From: a bacterium
Lineage (GTDB): Bacteria > Electryoneota > Electryoneia > Electryoneales > Electryoneaceae
Reading direction: 5' to 3'
Assembly (NCBI GenBank): GCA_043801585.1
Contig: JAZDLX010000117.1
Span: forward strand, 1 to 21,839
DNA: 21,839 bases
This document shows positions 18,058-21,839 of the stretch, in pieces (positions within the stretch are counted from its first letter, which is position 1; each line of letters begins with the position of its first letter). A program made the translations under genes and the position numbers. The notes under the pieces were generated by a model. The model did not search any database. It saw only the letters and a list, made by a program, of their open reading frames with translations, and was not told the origin of the DNA.

Positions 18058-18085
18058 TGCTATATACATATATATGTATATAGCA
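18058..18085. promoter_or_regulatory. Perfect 28-bp AT-rich palindrome in a divergent intergenic region (putative operator)
   Basis: TGCTATATACATATATATGTATATAGCA is its own reverse complement. Confidence 0.55.
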
Positions 18086-18324
18086 TGATTCCCCCAACGG
18101 AACTTCCGAACAGACAACGGAGTATAGCCTTTCAAGTCGCCATGCGCCAGACCCAACTCCCAAAACAGGCGATGCAATGGTGACTTGAGCCCCGGAGCAG
18201 GAGCATATGCCTGATGACTGTCATTTGACTCTCCGAATACATTACTTTGAAACTTTCATGCATTTCTCATTGCCGGACTTTTACTTATATCCGGCTCGCC
18301 AGTGTGATATATGGAGATCGATCG

Positions 18325-19557
18325 GTGAAAACAAAACTGCTTGCCGCAATGATGATCACCATGCTCCTCGTGCTCCCCGTGTGGGCGGGCTCGTTCAGCA
18401 TGGATACAGGTTTTTACACACCGCCCGCCTCGCAGGATCTGCTTCCCATGATCAAAGGCGAGAACGTCCGCAATGTGATTCTGCTGATTGGCGACGGTAT
18501 GAGCATCCCCCAAGTGACCCTCGCCCAATTCGCAGGTCCGGGTCCGGACGGAAGGCTGTACATGCAACGGATGCCTGTGACCGGTCTCGCGAATACGGTT
18601 TCGGCGAACCGACTGATTACGGATTCCGCCGCTGGTGTGACGGCGATTGCTTCGGGTCGAAAGACCGACAACGGAATCATCAATCAGCTTCCCGATGGAA
18701 CGCCGACGTCGAATATCGCTGCATTGGCTCACAAGAATGGAATAGCTACCGGGATCGTTGTCACCTGCGGCGTTACGCACGCGACTCCGGCAGGGTTTGC
18801 CTCGCGTGTCTGGAAGCGCAGCCATGAAGACAGCATCGCAGTCGACATATCAACCAGCGGACTCGATGTAGTCCTTGGAGGAGGACTGGAGTATTTCCTG
18901 CCAAAGAGTGATTCCCGCAGCAAACGTCCCGACAAGAAGAATCTTCTCGAGACGATGGAAGAGATGGGGTACACCTTCGCCGATACTCGTGCCAAGCTGG
19001 AAGCAGCCTCAGGGGAGAAACTTCTTGGCCTTTTCGCCGACGGTCCTTTGACCACGACGGACACCACCCAACCTTCCCTGGCGGAGATGACAGGAAAGGC
19101 GATTGAGCTTCTCTCAAAAAACAATAAGGGTTTCTTCTTGATGGTGGAAGGGAGTCAAATCGACTGGGAAGCGCATGCCAACGAGGAGGAGGGGATTGTT
19201 CGAGAGACTCTCCTGTTTGACCAGGCGGTGGGTGAGGCTCTCGATTTCGCTGAAAAAGACGGGCATACCCTGGTCATTGTCACCGCGGATCACGAGACGG
19301 GCGGCCTGTCCATTCCGGAAGGCACCCGTGACGGATCATGGATGCGCGTTGCCTTCAGCACGGGGCATCACACACCCCTGCCGGTTCCGGTGTTCGCCTA
19401 CGGTCCGGGTGCCATCCAGTTCACGGGCTACTACCAGAACACGGAATTGCCGAGGAAGATGGCAGACCTGCTTGGGATCAAAGGGTTGCTCCCAAGGGGA
19501 CCCGATGAGATCGTCACCGAAGAAAAAACCTACCTGGAGAGAATGTCGGGCAGATAG
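18325..19557 (+). CDS. phoA: Alkaline phosphatase (PhoA family), exported
   Basis: Motifs NVILLIGDGM, TDSAAG (catalytic Ser), THATPAGF, GFFLMVEGSQIDWEAHAN, TADHETGG, GHHT. GTG start at 18325 follows GGAG; a signal peptide (MKTKLLAAMMITMLLVLPVWA) follows. Confidence 0.93.
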   Translation: MKTKLLAAMMITMLLVLPVWAGSFSMDTGFYTPPASQDLLPMIKGENVRNVILLIGDGMSIPQVTLAQFAGPGPDGRLYMQRMPVTGLANTVSANRLITDSAAGVTAIASGRKTDNGIINQLPDGTPTSNIAALAHKNGIATGIVVTCGVTHATPAGFASRVWKRSHEDSIAVDISTSGLDVVLGGGLEYFLPKSDSRSKRPDKKNLLETMEEMGYTFADTRAKLEAASGEKLLGLFADGPLTTTDTTQPSLAEMTGKAIELLSKNNKGFFLMVEGSQIDWEAHANEEEGIVRETLLFDQAVGEALDFAEKDGHTLVIVTADHETGGLSIPEGTRDGSWMRVAFSTGHHTPLPVPVFAYGPGAIQFTGYYQNTELPRKMADLLGIKGLLPRGPDEIVTEEKTYLERMSGR

Positions 19558-19582
19558 AGCAGGTTTCCCTGGTGCTTTCGAG

Positions 19583-19616
19583 GCTGATCCTGATTCAAAG
19601 GATCAGCTTTTATTTT
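19583..19616 (+). terminator. Intrinsic terminator after alkaline phosphatase
   Basis: GCTGATCCT-GATTCAA-AGGATCAGC-TTTTATTTT. Confidence 0.85.
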
Positions 19617-20042
19617 ACGACTCGTGTGTCCGCTTGCGCATCACAAGAGCACCTGCGAGAGGCAGCGAGCCAGCGAAAGGAATAGTGGTATTCTCGCCGG
19701 TTTTTACTATTGGACAGATCGACCCGCTGCAATGGAACCTCTTTTAACGTGCAGGAATGCCCGGAATGCGCCAATCGGAGGCCACCTCGCAGAGTCTTGC
19801 TCCATCTCGAACAAGTTCGATATTTTTCCTGCCCGTGAGGAATCGTCGTCAAAGATTGAACATTGCAGGTCCATACGTTGTCAGCGCCGGTCAGCAGCGA
19901 TCTTGAAATCCCTTGACGAACGCTCATCACGGGGGTTCGCGCCGAGGGGAAGAGCGTGGCGTCAAGGATTTTTCGGCATCCGTCGAAAACGTACTGTATC
20001 TCTGGGAGAGTGCTCCCGCAACATCATGAAGGAACCCGAACG

Positions 20043-21284
20043 ATGGCGACGGTAAGACCTTTTCCCGGACTCAGGCCAAGACGAGACCTGGCGGCTGAGG
20101 TGGCTTCTCCACCGTATGACGTGCTGAATACGGAGGAGGCTCGCGAGCTGGCCAAGGGCAATCCTCATAGCTTCCTCCACATCAACAAACCCGAGATCGA
20201 CCTGCCTCAGAGTACCGACCCCTATTCGATAAAGGTTTACGAAACAGGACGTGACAACCTCCGGAAATTCATTGATGAAGGTGTGATGAAACAGGATGAC
20301 CAGGCCTGTTTCTACCTCTACGCCCAGCAAATGGGCGATCATCGCCAGGTGGGTCTCGTCGCCGCAGCATCGGTGCAGGAGTACATCGAAGACAAGATTA
20401 AAAAGCACGAATTGACACGGGAGGTAAAAGAGCGCGACCGGGTGAACCACATCTCGATTTTAAACGCCCAGGTGGGGCCGGTCTTTCTTACCTATAAGGC
20501 GGTGCCGGAAATAGACACTCTTTTCGAGGAGATTCAGGAAGGTGATTCCGAGGTGGATTTTACCTCCCCCGACGGTATCCGTCATACTTTGTGGGTGATC
20601 GGTTCGCGCAAGACTATCGAATCGGTTGCACAACTTTTCACGCAGGTGCCCGAGCTGTATGTGGCGGATGGACATCACCGCAGTGCGGCGGCCCAGATTG
20701 TCTGCAATAAGCGTCGTGAGGAAAATCCGGGATACACGGGCGCGGAACCCTGGAATTACTTCCTGACGGTTATTTTTCCACATGATCAGCTGAAGATTCT
20801 CCCATACAATCGGGTCGTGAAGGATTTGAAAGGGCTGGACTCTGCGGCGTTTTTCGAGAAAGTGAAAGAGAAATTCGATGTCGTACCGGCGGAGGGGGCG
20901 TTCGAACCGGAGAAGACAAAGGTCTTCGGCATGTATCTCGAAGATCATTGGTACCGGCTTACGGCAAAAGCAGGAACCTTCGATAGCGAGAATCCGGTCA
21001 ACAGCCTGGACATTGCGATTCTGCAGAACAACCTGCTCGCCCCGGTGCTTGGAATCGGCGATCCCCGCAAGGATGACCGGATTGACTTTGTGGGTGGCAT
21101 CAGGGGACTCGGCGAACTTGAAAAACGTGTCGACAGCGGAGAGATGACAGTCGCTTTCAGCCTGCACGCGACGACGATTGAACAGTTGATCGCGATCGCT
21201 GACGCAGGGGAGTTCATGCCACCGAAATCAACATGGTTTGAACCAAAACTTCGCAGCGGGTTGGTGGTGCATATACTCGATTGA
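20043..21284 (+). CDS. DUF1015 family protein (ParB/Srx-like; serine-pathway associated)
   Basis: Motifs PF.GLRP, SPPYDV, IKKHELT...KE.DR, LYVADGHHRSAAA, IL.YNRVV, MPPKSTWFEPKLRSGL. Start at ATG 20043 after GAAGGA. Confidence 0.9.
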   Translation: MATVRPFPGLRPRRDLAAEVASPPYDVLNTEEARELAKGNPHSFLHINKPEIDLPQSTDPYSIKVYETGRDNLRKFIDEGVMKQDDQACFYLYAQQMGDHRQVGLVAAASVQEYIEDKIKKHELTREVKERDRVNHISILNAQVGPVFLTYKAVPEIDTLFEEIQEGDSEVDFTSPDGIRHTLWVIGSRKTIESVAQLFTQVPELYVADGHHRSAAAQIVCNKRREENPGYTGAEPWNYFLTVIFPHDQLKILPYNRVVKDLKGLDSAAFFEKVKEKFDVVPAEGAFEPEKTKVFGMYLEDHWYRLTAKAGTFDSENPVNSLDIAILQNNLLAPVLGIGDPRKDDRIDFVGGIRGLGELEKRVDSGEMTVAFSLHATTIEQLIAIADAGEFMPPKSTWFEPKLRSGLVVHILD

Positions 21285-21321
21285 ACAGGGTACACAGCGA
21301 CTGCCGAAAAAAGGAACAGCA

Positions 21322-21405
21322 GAAACAGGATAGACAGGATTTACAGGATGGGAAAGGTAGTCTGTTGTTGACATTTAATCTTGTATATCCTGTACATCCT
21401 GTTTC
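21322..21405. repeat. Inverted ladder of three 9-nt-period ACAGGAT units (28-nt arms, 28-nt loop)
   Basis: GAAACAGGAT-AGACAGGAT-TTACAGGAT ... ATCTTGTAT-ATCCTGTAC-ATCCTGTTTC. Confidence 0.85.
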
Positions 21406-21490
21406 AAGATGTGACTTTCCATGGTTCACATGCGGCAGGTACATAAACGAAACAAACGAGAGTTCACCCTCATCCGATAAGGAGTGGACG

Positions 21491-21839
21491 ATGAGCATCA
21501 AGCTGAAGTACGACCGGATCTGGAATTTCAATGCCGGCCCGGCGGCGATTCCGTTGGAAGTGCTGGAGCGTGTGCACAAGTCGTGGTTTAATTACGGTGG
21601 CACCGGGATGAACGTGATGGAGTGGTCCCACCGTTCCAAGGAGTACGATGCAATCCACAACGAAGCGGTGGAGCGGATCAAGCGGATCTGTGGTTTGGAC
21701 GACAGATTCCACGTTCTTTTCCTCCAGGGTGGGGCGTCAATGCAGTTTGCCATGATTCCGATGAACTTCCTCGATGGTGGTACCGCCGACTACATCAACA
21801 CCGGCGCCTGGTCCAAGAAGGCGATCGCTGAAGCGAAAG
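21491..21839 (+). CDS. serC: Phosphoserine aminotransferase; 3' end runs off the window
   Basis: Not in the ORF track because it is open at the edge. Manual translation: MSIKLKYDRIWNFNAGPAAIPLEVL...GTGMNVMEWSHRS...VLFLQGGASMQFAMIPMNFL...YINTGAWSKKAIAEAK. RBS TAAGGAG. Confidence 0.96.
   Translation, partial: MSIKLKYDRIWNFNAGPAAIPLEVLERVHKSWFNYGGTGMNVMEWSHRSKEYDAIHNEAVERIKRICGLDDRFHVLFLQGGASMQFAMIPMNFLDGGTADYINTGAWSKKAIAEAK

Noticed and set aside
17963..18163. 67-aa N-terminal extension of the TPR protein in the ORF track
   Set aside because: It runs through the AT palindrome and promoter region; ATG 17962 has a good RBS.
18218..18236. Pho box upstream of alkaline phosphatase (CTGTCAT)
   Set aside because: Only one good half-site; the repeat 11 nt later (CTCTCCG) is a poor match.
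19995..20040. Glycine riboswitch (CTCTGGGAGAG...GAAGG)
   Set aside because: The CUCUCAGG and P3 elements are missing, and there is too little room before the start codon.
21409..21431. CRP/FNR-type site ATGTGA...TCACAT upstream of serC
   Set aside because: The spacer is 11 nt rather than 6; it could be another operator, but the evidence is insufficient.

Overview
Bacterial chromosomal housekeeping region with high GC content and AT-rich intergenic patches. The long SecA with an expanded PPXD, followed by DUF494, tentatively suggests an FCB-superphylum-like lineage (inference only). Gene order: partial PutP-like Na+/solute symporter preceded by a 33-aa single-TM ORF missing from the ORF track (-); purC (+); a 33-bp perfect inverted repeat of two hairpin units; CsgG-like/beta-barrel protein, two GNATs, secA and DUF494 (+); a third GNAT (-); the pyrR-pyrB-pyrC operon (-) with a readable promoter, PyrR-binding loop and attenuator terminator; a TPR/acidic ~1027-aa protein, coaE and a lipoprotein (-); a 28-bp perfect AT-rich palindrome in the divergent promoter region; alkaline phosphatase, DUF1015 and partial serC (+). 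No CRISPR array, transposase, integrase, tRNA or rRNA was recognised. The most interesting signals are (i) about 7 FliM-N/CheZ-C-like 'xQxxLDxL' peptides in the TPR/acidic protein, (ii) two intergenic repeat types (the REPIN-like doublet and 9-nt-period ACAGGAT ladder hairpins), (iii) the small membrane ORF coupled to the symporter, and (iv) DUF1015 next to serC. All calls come from reading the sequence by eye; no database searches were run.
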